Assembly (NCBI GenBank): GCA_964385685.1
Contig: CAYLQD010000004.1
Coordinates: forward strand, 29,397-93,396
Origin: an uncultured Planctomycetota bacterium
GTDB lineage: Bacteria; Planctomycetota; PUPC01
Direction: 5' to 3'
DNA length: 64,000 bases
A program made the translations under genes and the position numbers. Positions 46,038 through 55,300 of the stretch are shown in pieces. Position 1 is the stretch's first letter; every line of letters begins with the position of its first letter. The notes under the pieces were generated by a model that was not told the DNA's origin, ran no database searches, and saw only the letters and a list, made by a program, of their open reading frames with translations.

Positions 46038-47444
46038 ATGCGGACGGGAATGAAGGCGTCGATCATCCCGTTGGTGCTGGCCGCCGTGACCGTGGCCGGT
46101 TGTCGGTCGGCGCCGACGCCAGAGACACCCGCCTGGCGGACACAGATCGAGGCGGCTCTCGACAGCCCCATGACCTTCGATTTCGTCACTACCCCGTTGG
46201 ATGATTGTGTCGCGTTTTTCAGGTCGAGGTTGCGCGTGAATATCGTGGCGGACAAGGAGGAGCTATTCGACCGCGACGACATCGACGTCACGCTCAAGGT
46301 CGCCAAGACACCGTTCCGAGACGCGCTTCAGCAGATCTGCGATAAGCTCGGGCTTGTCTACACAATCGAGCACGGGGCTATCTTCATCACGACACAAGAA
46401 GCTCTCGCCACGCGCCGGCCGCCGGGTACCCCGGCCGACGGCTGGCCCCGGACGATGCTCGAGCTGCGGCACGGTACGTCCGCCGAGAGGCGCCTTGCCG
46501 CCGCGCTTGATCAACCCGTTTCCTTTGAGTTCGTGACTGAACCGTTCGTCGGCGTAATCGGCGGAATCTGCCAAGCCACGAGGATCAAGTGCACCCTCGA
46601 CGGCGAGGCGGTGGTCTCCTCGCAGGGCGCTCGGCTGACGGCAACGGCCAAGAACATGAAGCTGAAGAGCTCACTGGAGTTCGTGTGCGATCACTTCGGT
46701 CTCGACTTCACCGTTCGCGGCGCAGCAATCTACATCGCCGACCGTGAAAGGGTCGCCGACGAGAACCGCGTGAACAAGCGCGTGTACGAGGAGCGCGCGC
46801 GGACGCGCCGCCGCGCGGCCGACGCGCTGCGCGACCCGGAAGCCGAGCGGTACATCGCTGTTCGACTGAGCGAACTTGTATCTTTTGACTTCGTCGTGAC
46901 GCCACTCGAGGACGTGGTCGGGTTCCTGAGCGGCCTCAAGAAGGTCAACATGGTGATCGACGAGAGGGGCATGAAGGAGCGCGAGCACCTCGACGTGACC
47001 CTGCGCCTGAAGGAGGTCCGCCTCGAGGACGCCCTGCACTGGATCACCGTCTTGCTCGACCTCCACCATGTTGTCCGCGATGGCGCCATCTTCATATCGA
47101 CAAGGGAGGGCATCCGTGCTCGCGACTTCACGACGATGACCCGCTACGACCGGAGGGAGTGGCGGCGAACGAAGGGGGCGATGAAGAAACGCATCTCTGT
47201 TCGCTTCGTCGGGACATCGCTCAGGGACGTCGCCAAGGCGGTGAGCGATCAAGCGGGCGTTCCGGTGCGTATTGGCCCGGAACTCCCGAAGGACCATCTG
47301 CCAGACATCACGCTCCGTCTCGAAAACGTCAAGGTAGCATCGTTTCTCGCGCACATGTGCTATCTACACGACCTCGCCTACACGGTCCGCGACGGGGTGG
47401 TGATCATCACCAGTCGCGACCGGCTGCTGGAGCCGGAGGAATAG
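46038..47444 (+). CDS. lipoprotein with four tandem secretin-N/STN-like domains
   Basis: Lipobox LAAVTVAGC. The module …SFDFVxTPLxDVVxFLxxxxxVNIVxD…DVTLxLxxVxLxDALxxI…LxYxVxxGAIxIxT is repeated four times. Confidence 0.55.
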   Translation: MRTGMKASIIPLVLAAVTVAGCRSAPTPETPAWRTQIEAALDSPMTFDFVTTPLDDCVAFFRSRLRVNIVADKEELFDRDDIDVTLKVAKTPFRDALQQICDKLGLVYTIEHGAIFITTQEALATRRPPGTPADGWPRTMLELRHGTSAERRLAAALDQPVSFEFVTEPFVGVIGGICQATRIKCTLDGEAVVSSQGARLTATAKNMKLKSSLEFVCDHFGLDFTVRGAAIYIADRERVADENRVNKRVYEERARTRRRAADALRDPEAERYIAVRLSELVSFDFVVTPLEDVVGFLSGLKKVNMVIDERGMKEREHLDVTLRLKEVRLEDALHWITVLLDLHHVVRDGAIFISTREGIRARDFTTMTRYDRREWRRTKGAMKKRISVRFVGTSLRDVAKAVSDQAGVPVRIGPELPKDHLPDITLRLENVKVASFLAHMCYLHDLAYTVRDGVVIITSRDRLLEPEE

Positions 47445-47460
47445 CTGCGGGCCGCCGGCC

Positions 47461-48267
47461 CTACGCGACGCTCTGGCCGTCGATGGTGCCGGCGTGGATC
47501 TCGATCTGGTCGCGATCCTTGATGCTCGCGATCTGCCCGTCCGTCAGGTAGACGACCCGGTCGGACGCGGCGAGCATCTTGTGGTCGTGGGTCGCGCTCA
47601 TGATCGTGACGTGAAAGTCCTCCTTGAGCCCCTCGAGCATGTCGATGATCTCCTCGCCGGTGTGCAGGTCGAGATTGCCCGTCGGCTCGTCGGCGAGGAC
47701 GATGGCGGGATCGTTGGCGAGCGCCCGGGCGACGGCGACCCGCTGCTGCTGCCCGCCGGACAACTCGGACGGCTTGTGGAACCGTCGATCACCCAGGCCG
47801 ACCCGGTCGAGCAGGTCGGCGGCCTTGTCCTGGGCGTCCGCCTGCGACAGCCCGGCGAACAGCATCGGGAACATCACGTTCTCCAGCGCCGTCGCGACCG
47901 TGATCAGGTTGAACGTCTGGAAGATGTAGCCGATCTTGTGGCAGCGGAGCCACGCCAGCTCGAACGTGTCGAGCGCGGCGATGTCGACCTCGTCGATGTA
48001 GACGTGTCCCTCGTCGGGCTTGTCGAGCCCGCCGATCATGTTGAAGAGCGTCGTCTTGCCCGAGCCGCTCGGGCCCATGATCGAGACGTACTCGCCGCGC
48101 TTGACGCTCAGGTCGACGCCTCGGAGCGCGTGCACCTCTTCCTCGCCGACCTGGAAGACGCGCCGGACGCCGACGGAGCGGATCACGTGCACCGCGAGCA
48201 GTCCGCTCTTCTCAAGGGCCTGCTCGTCCGGCAGCGCGGCGTTCGCGTTGTCTGTCGCGTCCGTCAT
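47461..48267 (-). CDS. ABC transporter ATP-binding protein (MacB/LolD/FtsE-like, type VII ABC)
   Basis: Maximal ORF to 48873 has a non-coding-looking Arg/Gly-rich extension. ATG 48267 gives MTDATDNA… with Walker A GPSGSGKTT, LSGGQQQR and ADEPTGNLD. Confidence 0.85.
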   Translation of the reverse strand: MTDATDNANAALPDEQALEKSGLLAVHVIRSVGVRRVFQVGEEEVHALRGVDLSVKRGEYVSIMGPSGSGKTTLFNMIGGLDKPDEGHVYIDEVDIAALDTFELAWLRCHKIGYIFQTFNLITVATALENVMFPMLFAGLSQADAQDKAADLLDRVGLGDRRFHKPSELSGGQQQRVAVARALANDPAIVLADEPTGNLDLHTGEEIIDMLEGLKEDFHVTIMSATHDHKMLAASDRVVYLTDGQIASIKDRDQIEIHAGTIDGQSVA

Positions 48268-48269
48268 AC

Positions 48270-49016
48270 TCACACTTCCGACCGCATCGCGTCGACCGGC
48301 TGCATGCGGGCCGCGCGCCACGCGGGATAGAGCGCCCCGACGACCGTCAGGGCGGTGCCCGTGAGCAGGCAGATGCCGACCCACTTGAGCATCTCGAGCG
48401 CGGGCAGGACGTCGCGGCCCAGAACCGACGGACCGAAGACGACCGTGGCCTCGGCCAGGGCCAGCACGACGCCGATCACAATGCCGATCGCCGTGCCCAC
48501 AATTCCCTGAAACGTGCTCTCCAACAGAAACAACTCGACGATGAGGCCATCGAGCGCGCCGAGACACTTCATCGTGCCGATTTCCTGGAATCGCTCCGTG
48601 ACACTCAGCAGCATCGCGTTCAGAATCCCGACGAAGCTGACCAGGAGCGCGAGCCCGACGAGCCACCGGGTCTGCGACTTCGCCGTCTCGTCGCTCACGC
48701 GCGACAGCGCCCCCTCGTTTTCCAGCCGCTGCTTGATCTTGGGCGGACCATTCTCGACGAAGCTCCGCGTCAGGCTGTCGGAGCAGAGGATGTACGTCAG
48801 GAACGCGAGGGCGAGGATGATGCCGCTCGTGACGAGCAGCGACCGGACCAGGCGAACGCGGATGTTCCTCCATGCGATCTCGAGGGCCTTCCGGAGCGGC
48901 AGTTGGACCTGCTGCTCGATTGTGCCGTGCAGCGACGGCCGGCGGCCCGATGTCGCGTCCTCGTTCTGGCTCGTCAAATTACTTCCCGCCCTTCTGCGGC
49001 TCCCGGTCGACGGCAA
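48270..49016 (-). CDS. FtsX-family ABC permease (short, 4-TM type)
   Basis: N-terminal LRKALEIAWRNIRVRLVRSLLVTSGIILALAF (FtsX TM1 signature), then a periplasmic segment and three C-terminal TMs. ATG 49016 overlaps the upstream gene by 38 nt; an internal GTG at ~48908 is an alternative start. Confidence 0.65.
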   Translation of the reverse strand: MPSTGSRRRAGSNLTSQNEDATSGRRPSLHGTIEQQVQLPLRKALEIAWRNIRVRLVRSLLVTSGIILALAFLTYILCSDSLTRSFVENGPPKIKQRLENEGALSRVSDETAKSQTRWLVGLALLVSFVGILNAMLLSVTERFQEIGTMKCLGALDGLIVELFLLESTFQGIVGTAIGIVIGVVLALAEATVVFGPSVLGRDVLPALEMLKWVGICLLTGTALTVVGALYPAWRAARMQPVDAMRSEV

Positions 49017-49365
49017 CCACGACCAGACCCTTCGAGACGAGCGTCCTCAAATACTGCGTCACCGATATCTCCGCCTCCGCAACGCTGATCTCATGCTTCT
49101 TCGCGAACTGCCGCACCATCGACCGCGTGGTCGTCTTGCCGTCGCACGCATCGTAGACTTCCGCGCCGAGCTTGTCGAGCCGGAACGAGCGGCGGACGGT
49201 CTTCGATCCGGCCAGCCAGCCCAGCCATTTTCGCGGCTCGAGTTCGATGACGATCGTCACGCCGCCGTCGTCGCTCTCCTCGCGGCCGACGGCCGGCGCG
49301 TGCTCGGGCCGGGCCCTGAGCGCCCGGTCGCGGTCGAACGCCGGTTTCGGCTTCGAGAAAGCCAT
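48979..49365 (-). CDS. PqqD-like protein (RiPP precursor-recognition element / peptide chaperone family)
   Basis: From ATG 49365: …SFRLDKLGAEVYDACDGKTTTRSMVRQFAKKHEISVAEAEISVTQYLRTLVSKGLVVV matches the PqqD winged-helix pattern (…G…W.L.DG.…T..EI…L…Y.V……D…FL..L…GL). Confidence 0.6.
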   Translation of the reverse strand: MAFSKPKPAFDRDRALRARPEHAPAVGREESDDGGVTIVIELEPRKWLGWLAGSKTVRRSFRLDKLGAEVYDACDGKTTTRSMVRQFAKKHEISVAEAEISVTQYLRTLVSKGLVVVAVDREPQKGGK

Positions 49366-50300
49366 CACGCTCCTGCGCCCTCGCCCAAGAGCGCCCAGTT
49401 CATTCGCCCGATTGCCGCGGCCAGCATCGATTCGTCGGGCCGGCCCGGCGCATCGTGTTCCGCCAGCAGCAGGCGGTCGAGTTCCGTGTCGACGACGGCG
49501 ACGGACAGGACCTCTCGCGGCGAGCAGGACCCGAGCGGGAACGCGAGCCGCTTTCGCCCGGGCTGCCGCGTGCCCTCGAGCGTGCGCCCGAACGATTCCG
49601 CGCTCCACGGCCCGCCCTTGCCGGCGTCTTTGTATCTCCGGTGCTCCTTGAACGGCCACGTGCGCATCCAACGCTCGACCGGCCGCCGCGCGAGCGCCGT
49701 CTCCGCAGGGTAGACTTGCCTCAGCCAGAGGCAAGAGCCGTCGCCGCCGCGGAATCGCAGCGCCAGGTCGCCCAGCACGAGCTTGTGGTCGAGCGGACGA
49801 CAGCCCGCGGGCGACTCGAAGCTCGCCCCGAACACGGACCAGGCGATTGCCCTGCCCGTCTCCGAGACGACAAGCGAGGGCAGGACTTCCGCGGCCACGG
49901 TCCGTCGCGTCCGTTTCGCCGCGTCGAGGTTGACGGTCACCTCGATCACGAGCCCGGCCGCGGGCGCGTAGCCGTGCCAGAGCCGCAGCGGCGTCCGGCC
50001 GCTGCCGCTCTCGTCGCGCACCCAGGCCGTCTCGGAGAACCCACCGGGCCCCGGTGCGCCGGGCCCGGCGTCACGAGCTTTCAATGAGCGGAGCCGCCGC
50101 CGTATCCAGCGCCCGGCGTCGAATCGCTCTTTGCCCGGGCGCCACCACCGGATCTGAAACGCCGGCTCGTCGCCGCTGCCAAGAATCATGTTTCCCTGTC
50201 GCCAGCGGCCACTGATGCGCAGTGGGCGCCAGTCGGATGGGACACGTACCTGCCAGCCCATCCACGCCACACAAGTTGCACCCGTCCGCCCGCTGTCCAT
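49365..50300 (-). CDS. hypothetical protein (unknown function, Trp/Arg-rich)
   Basis: Maximal ORF to 50705 overlaps the 3' end of the upstream transporter gene; ATG 50300 is the first start beyond it. Its stop overlaps the PqqD-like ATG. No recognisable motifs. Weak call. Confidence 0.35.
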   Translation of the reverse strand: MDSGRTGATCVAWMGWQVRVPSDWRPLRISGRWRQGNMILGSGDEPAFQIRWWRPGKERFDAGRWIRRRLRSLKARDAGPGAPGPGGFSETAWVRDESGSGRTPLRLWHGYAPAAGLVIEVTVNLDAAKRTRRTVAAEVLPSLVVSETGRAIAWSVFGASFESPAGCRPLDHKLVLGDLALRFRGGDGSCLWLRQVYPAETALARRPVERWMRTWPFKEHRRYKDAGKGGPWSAESFGRTLEGTRQPGRKRLAFPLGSCSPREVLSVAVVDTELDRLLLAEHDAPGRPDESMLAAAIGRMNWALLGEGAGA

Positions 50301-50341
50301 CACCGTACTGTGCCTATCCCTCCTTTGCGGTCGGCGCACGA

Positions 50342-52339
50342 TCAGACCGGCAGCTTGATGACGCTCTTGGCCATGAGCACAATGCCCATGCTGAACATGG
50401 CGATCAATCCCACCCCCGCGCCGAAGCCCGCCGTGAATACGATGCGGTAGCGCGGCCAGTTGTCGCCGAACCGCTTTCGGAAGACAAACCGCCCCATGAC
50501 GGCGCCGAGCACGAGCGGAATCGTCGACGACGGATCCGTCTGGTTCAGCCCGTAGACGACCCCGTAGACGAGGAAGATGGGCAGGCCGAATCGGTCGAGC
50601 ACGAAATACACGGAGAGCGCCAGGCCGAGCGCGGCGGCGATGACCTCGGGCCGGAATGCCTCGCGGAACGGGCTGGCCGACTCGCCCGGCAGCGTCGCCG
50701 ACCACATCAGGCCCTCCCGATACGCTTGCAGTTCCCAGAATTCGTTGGCGTACGGAAACAGTTCACTCGGCACGGGCCCGATAGACCAGATGAACTGGCT
50801 GAACAGGATCGTTCCGACGAACATCACCGGGAAGATGATCAACTCGGCCTTGATGAGCGACGTGAACCTCGTGCCGGTCAGTTCGGTTTGCCGGAACATG
50901 ACGACCTGGTTGGCGTAGGCGTGCAGCGGAATGGGCGCGAACCAGATGGCGGCGCCCTTGTAACCCGAGAGAACGAAGGTCGCCTCGCGCACGTACGGAA
51001 TCGCCGCCTGCTGCCCGACGATCCCCTCGAGCCGCGCCGACACATAGCTCATCACGGGCGTGTAGACGAAGCCGTAGAAGATGAGGATCCACAGCGGGAA
51101 GCTCCCGCCGCGCAGCGGACCCGAGGCGTGGTTGACCAGCCAATACGACAGCACAACATATGACGTCGTGGAGAAGAAATAGATCCCGATGCTGATCCAG
51201 ATCGGAATATCGCCGCGGGTCGTCGGCGGCTTGAACAGATTCTTCCACGTCACCTCCGACGTCGACAGTTCCTTCATCGCGCCGGCCTTCTTTCGGAAGG
51301 AACTGAAGACGTGGATGAAGCCGATGATGGCGACGGCGAGCGACAGCCCGATGGTGAAGCTGAAATAGAAGTCCATCGTGTTCGACTGGATCGTCTGGAT
51401 TGCGCCGATCCCCTCGCGCCAACTGTCGAGCACGCCCGTGTGGTGCAGGATGGGGTTGGCGATCATCGTGACGATCAGCCCGACGAGGGTTCCCATGACG
51501 GCCCAGAACGGCATGACCATCCCCGTCATGAAGAGCCCGAGGTTGAAGCTGATCATGACGGGCATCGCGGGCAGTAACTTCTCGGTGAACGACGTGAGAT
51601 CGACGAAGGGGAGCGGGAGGATCTGGATGCCTTCGGTGAAGACCGCAGCGGTGATGTTCGGAATGGCGAGGTAGACGGCGCCGAAGACGATCCCCGTCAT
51701 GGCGCCGAGCGCGAACGTCCGCCAGCGCCACGTCTCCTTCTGGCTCGATGCGTCGGCCAGCGCCGTGATGCCCATCGCGCCGACGGGGGCCATCGGGAAC
51801 GGCAGCCGCTCCACGTCGGACGTCAGCCGGAACATCAGGTAGCCCAGGCCGAACCGGTCGATGCGCGTGATGAGCCACGTCAGCAGCATGAGGCCGAGCG
51901 GCATCAGCCACGGCCCTACGAGAAAACTCCGCTGGTTCAGCACGTTCTCGTCCGTCGGCGCGTACCACGCCGGGATGTAGTCGGTCAGCCCGATCTTCCG
52001 GATCTCTTCGCTCTGCGCGAGGAACTGCCGCCAGAGAAGTCCCTGGCCCGCCGTCACCATCACCGCGCTGCACATGTACCAGAGGACGAAGATCTCGGGC
52101 CGCCGGAGCCGCTTGAACGCGCGGCGGGAGATCTCGACATAGAGGATCACGGTCACCCAGTTCGCCGCCCCGCCGGTCCCGGCGTTCCCCGCGACGAGCC
52201 CCACGTACAACTGCGACGGGGCCATCACGAGCCCGACGAACAGGGCCATGAAGACGGCACCCCACCCGAACCCGCTCTCGAACCGCTCGGGCGGCCTCAT
52301 CAGGTCCCGGAATTCCTGGAGTTCCCTGTCCTCACGCAT
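50342..52339 (-). CDS. polytopic membrane transporter (~16 TM; possibly OPT-superfamily oligopeptide transporter)
   Basis: 665 aa, highly hydrophobic throughout. Length and topology resemble OPT-family transporters. No diagnostic motif could be verified by eye. Confidence 0.5.
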   Translation of the reverse strand: MREDRELQEFRDLMRPPERFESGFGWGAVFMALFVGLVMAPSQLYVGLVAGNAGTGGAANWVTVILYVEISRRAFKRLRRPEIFVLWYMCSAVMVTAGQGLLWRQFLAQSEEIRKIGLTDYIPAWYAPTDENVLNQRSFLVGPWLMPLGLMLLTWLITRIDRFGLGYLMFRLTSDVERLPFPMAPVGAMGITALADASSQKETWRWRTFALGAMTGIVFGAVYLAIPNITAAVFTEGIQILPLPFVDLTSFTEKLLPAMPVMISFNLGLFMTGMVMPFWAVMGTLVGLIVTMIANPILHHTGVLDSWREGIGAIQTIQSNTMDFYFSFTIGLSLAVAIIGFIHVFSSFRKKAGAMKELSTSEVTWKNLFKPPTTRGDIPIWISIGIYFFSTTSYVVLSYWLVNHASGPLRGGSFPLWILIFYGFVYTPVMSYVSARLEGIVGQQAAIPYVREATFVLSGYKGAAIWFAPIPLHAYANQVVMFRQTELTGTRFTSLIKAELIIFPVMFVGTILFSQFIWSIGPVPSELFPYANEFWELQAYREGLMWSATLPGESASPFREAFRPEVIAAALGLALSVYFVLDRFGLPIFLVYGVVYGLNQTDPSSTIPLVLGAVMGRFVFRKRFGDNWPRYRIVFTAGFGAGVGLIAMFSMGIVLMAKSVIKLPV

Positions 52340-52354
52340 GGCTTTGCCTGTCCC

Positions 52355-55300
52355 TTATGCCTCGAGCGGCATGCCGCTCTCGGTCGCGCGGGCGATGTAT
52401 TCCAGTACGCGGTCGATCTTGAGCTTTCGCCAGCCGAGCAGTTGCCGGCGCAGGTCGCCCAGCAGCACCCGGTTCAGTTTTCGCCACGTCCGAATCTGGC
52501 CCGAGCGTCGCACCAGTTCGACGTCAATCTCATACACGTCCGGCTCGGTCGCAGACACGTGGACGGTGATCGTGACGTCTTGCCGCACACCGAGGTCGTA
52601 GGGAGCCAGCCAGACCGTGCCGCGCACGATGTGCACCTCGCGTCCGTCGTCGTCGGTGTCGCAGGACTTCTCGAGGTTGTCGGCGCTGAAAACGCCGATG
52701 GTCCCACCCCGGTGCGCGTCCATGTATTCATAGATGAACACGAGGATGCCGCCGGCCGTCCTCGGCGTCGCGGTGAAAGGAAGTCGGTCGCGGATGGTGT
52801 CGCCGTCCGGCAGGGGCACCTTCCAGGTCATCTCGTTGCTCGGGGTGGCCAGCTTGCCCGCGAGAAACGCGGGCACGAGCGACGAGACGATGACGGTCGC
52901 CAGCACGATGAGCATTGTAAAGATGGCCTGGCCGCCGGAGTAGTTGAGCGTCACGCCCGTCATGAGCCCCATGCTGGAGAAGAGCTTGGCGGCGCCCTGC
53001 CCGACGACGTATCCGAAGACGGAGCCCATCAGCCCGTAGGTGAGGGCCTCGGCAAGGAACAGGAAGCCAACGTGGAGCGGGGCCAGCCCCAAGCTCGTGT
53101 AGATGTAAATCTCGCGCTTGCGCTCGGCGATGGAGCTGAGCATCGTGTTGAAGATGATCAGGCCCGCGATGGCGAGCGGGATGACGAGCGCCTTTGGCGG
53201 CTTCGGGATCGGCAGCGTCGACGCCATCACCTTGACCTTGCGCCTAGGGGCGCCGTAGTAGACGGGGAACGCCAGCCGGTCGGCAAGGCGCTCTGCAAGC
53301 TCTTTCGCTTTTTCATACGAGCCAACCGGCACGGTCAGGTGCCGCAAGCTGCCCGCGTAGAGCCCGCGGAGCAGCGAGGCGTGGACGATGACGACCTGGT
53401 CGCCGGGCGCGTGCGGCGAGTCCTCGACGCTCACAAGCGCCGACCCCGACGTCATCTCACGCGTCATCTCGGTCAGGTCCTGCCGCGTGACGCGGGTCCG
53501 TTGCTTGTCATCCAGGATCGTGAAGTCGAACGGCAGGATCGACCGACCGTCGAGACGCTGGACCTGCTGGTCGAAGACCTTCGGCTTGAACGTGCCGAGC
53601 AGTTCGAGCGACCGCCCTGCGATGACGACTCGGCCGCCCGGCTCGACACCCAACCGCTCGGCGGTGTCGGCGGAAAGGTAGCAGCCGTTGCCCGAGTCGA
53701 ACCGCGACCAGTTCGGACAGAACCGGTCTATGCCGGAGCAGTCGGCCTCGCGCCCCACTAGCCCGAGCGCTGCGCTGAGCGATACCTGATCGCCCGTCAC
53801 GGGATTCCGCGCGTGGACGCGCCACTTCGGGTCGTTGCTCACCCACCAGTACCGTGGCACGACGGCGCGCGGCCCCGGCACGATCGTCTCCAGACTCTCG
53901 AGCGCTTCGTCCGGCATGGCGCGCGACGAGGGCTGAGCGACCAGTACGCCCGTGAACGGAGCCGTGGTGTCCAGCTCCATCTCCTTCTTGTCGTCGTACG
54001 TGCTCGTCGACATGTAGCACAGGAGCGCGAACGTGATCAGCACGATCGTGATGCCCGTCAGGGCGGTCCGCAACTTGCGCTTGCGCATGTTGGCGATGCC
54101 GAGCCGAATGGCCGTGTAGGCGAGGCCGATGCGCGACGTGCGGGCGCCGCTCGCCTCGGCGCGCCCGCTCCGGAACTCCTCGAGCAGCCCCTCGAACTTC
54201 GAGAAGATCATCCCCATGACGAGCACGCTCATCCCGAGCGCTGCGAACGCCATGATGACCATCAGCGGCTGGCCGGTGATCCGAAATGCCGGGTGGAAGC
54301 TCCACAGCGCGGCCGCCATCAGGACGAACACCCCGAGGACCGCGCCGATCTGCTTGTAGATGTTCGGTGATGCGAACAGGAGCCGCTCCATGACGAACGC
54401 GAACGGCACGGCCATCAGCAGGAGGAAGATGGCTCCCCTGACGACGTCGTTGGCCGTCTCGCGGATGGCCTTGTAGGCGCGGACCTCGTTTGCGAGCGCG
54501 GCCGTGGCGGCGGCCGTGAACGCGCGGCCGTCGTCGCGGTCTGCAGCCGCGGCCTCGTCGGCGGCGTCGAGTAATCCTTTGGTCTCCGCCTGCATCGCCT
54601 CGATGTGCTCGCTCGCGATCCCGGCACGCTTGTACTTCTCGACGCGCCGGCGGTCGAGGCGGTAGAAGTCGCGGGCGGCCTGAAGCACCGGGCGCTCCGG
54701 CGACCGTTCTTCGGCGCTGAACCCCCGCATGGCCTTGCGCATCGAGAGAGCGGCGGCGCCGGGGTCGTCGGGGTCGACCACGTTCAGCAGCGCCATCCGG
54801 TTCTCGGTGATCCCGTGCCGCAGGAGGAGCTGCCACCGGACGCTCGGCTCGACGAACATGACCATGTGCCCCGTCTGCCGCGTGAAGTTGAGTCGCTGCG
54901 GCTGGCTCCCGCGTCGCGCGTCGTGCACCTTGCCGTCGGGCAGCATCAGGAGGAACCGCGGGTCGAAGAAATCCACGACGGTCACCTCGGTGCAGTCGAA
55001 CATGACGGCCCGGAGTTCGTTGGGGTTGCGGTCGTTGATGTTCACTTGGAGCGATCCGCCGCGCTCGCCCTTGAGGAGATCGGCCCGGCGAACGAGACGT
55101 CCGTCCTCCGCGGCCAGTGACGGCTGGATCGTGTAGTAGTGGCTCCACCCCGACAACGGAATGAGGTCGAAGCGGAAGCGCCCGTCGACGCGCGTGAATG
55201 CGAACTCGAGACGCCGTACGCCGGGCACTGGATCATGCCACGCGACGGTCGATCCAGAGAGCGCCCACCCCGGCACGTAGGCGACGAGGTATCCCTCCAT

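Noticed and set aside
53508-55148. 546-aa minus-strand ORF and several 100-300-aa ORFs on both strands inside 52355-57775
   Set aside because: They are alternate-frame or antisense shadows of the giant 1806-aa gene, whose frame carries a signal peptide, M28-like motifs and FtsX motifs.
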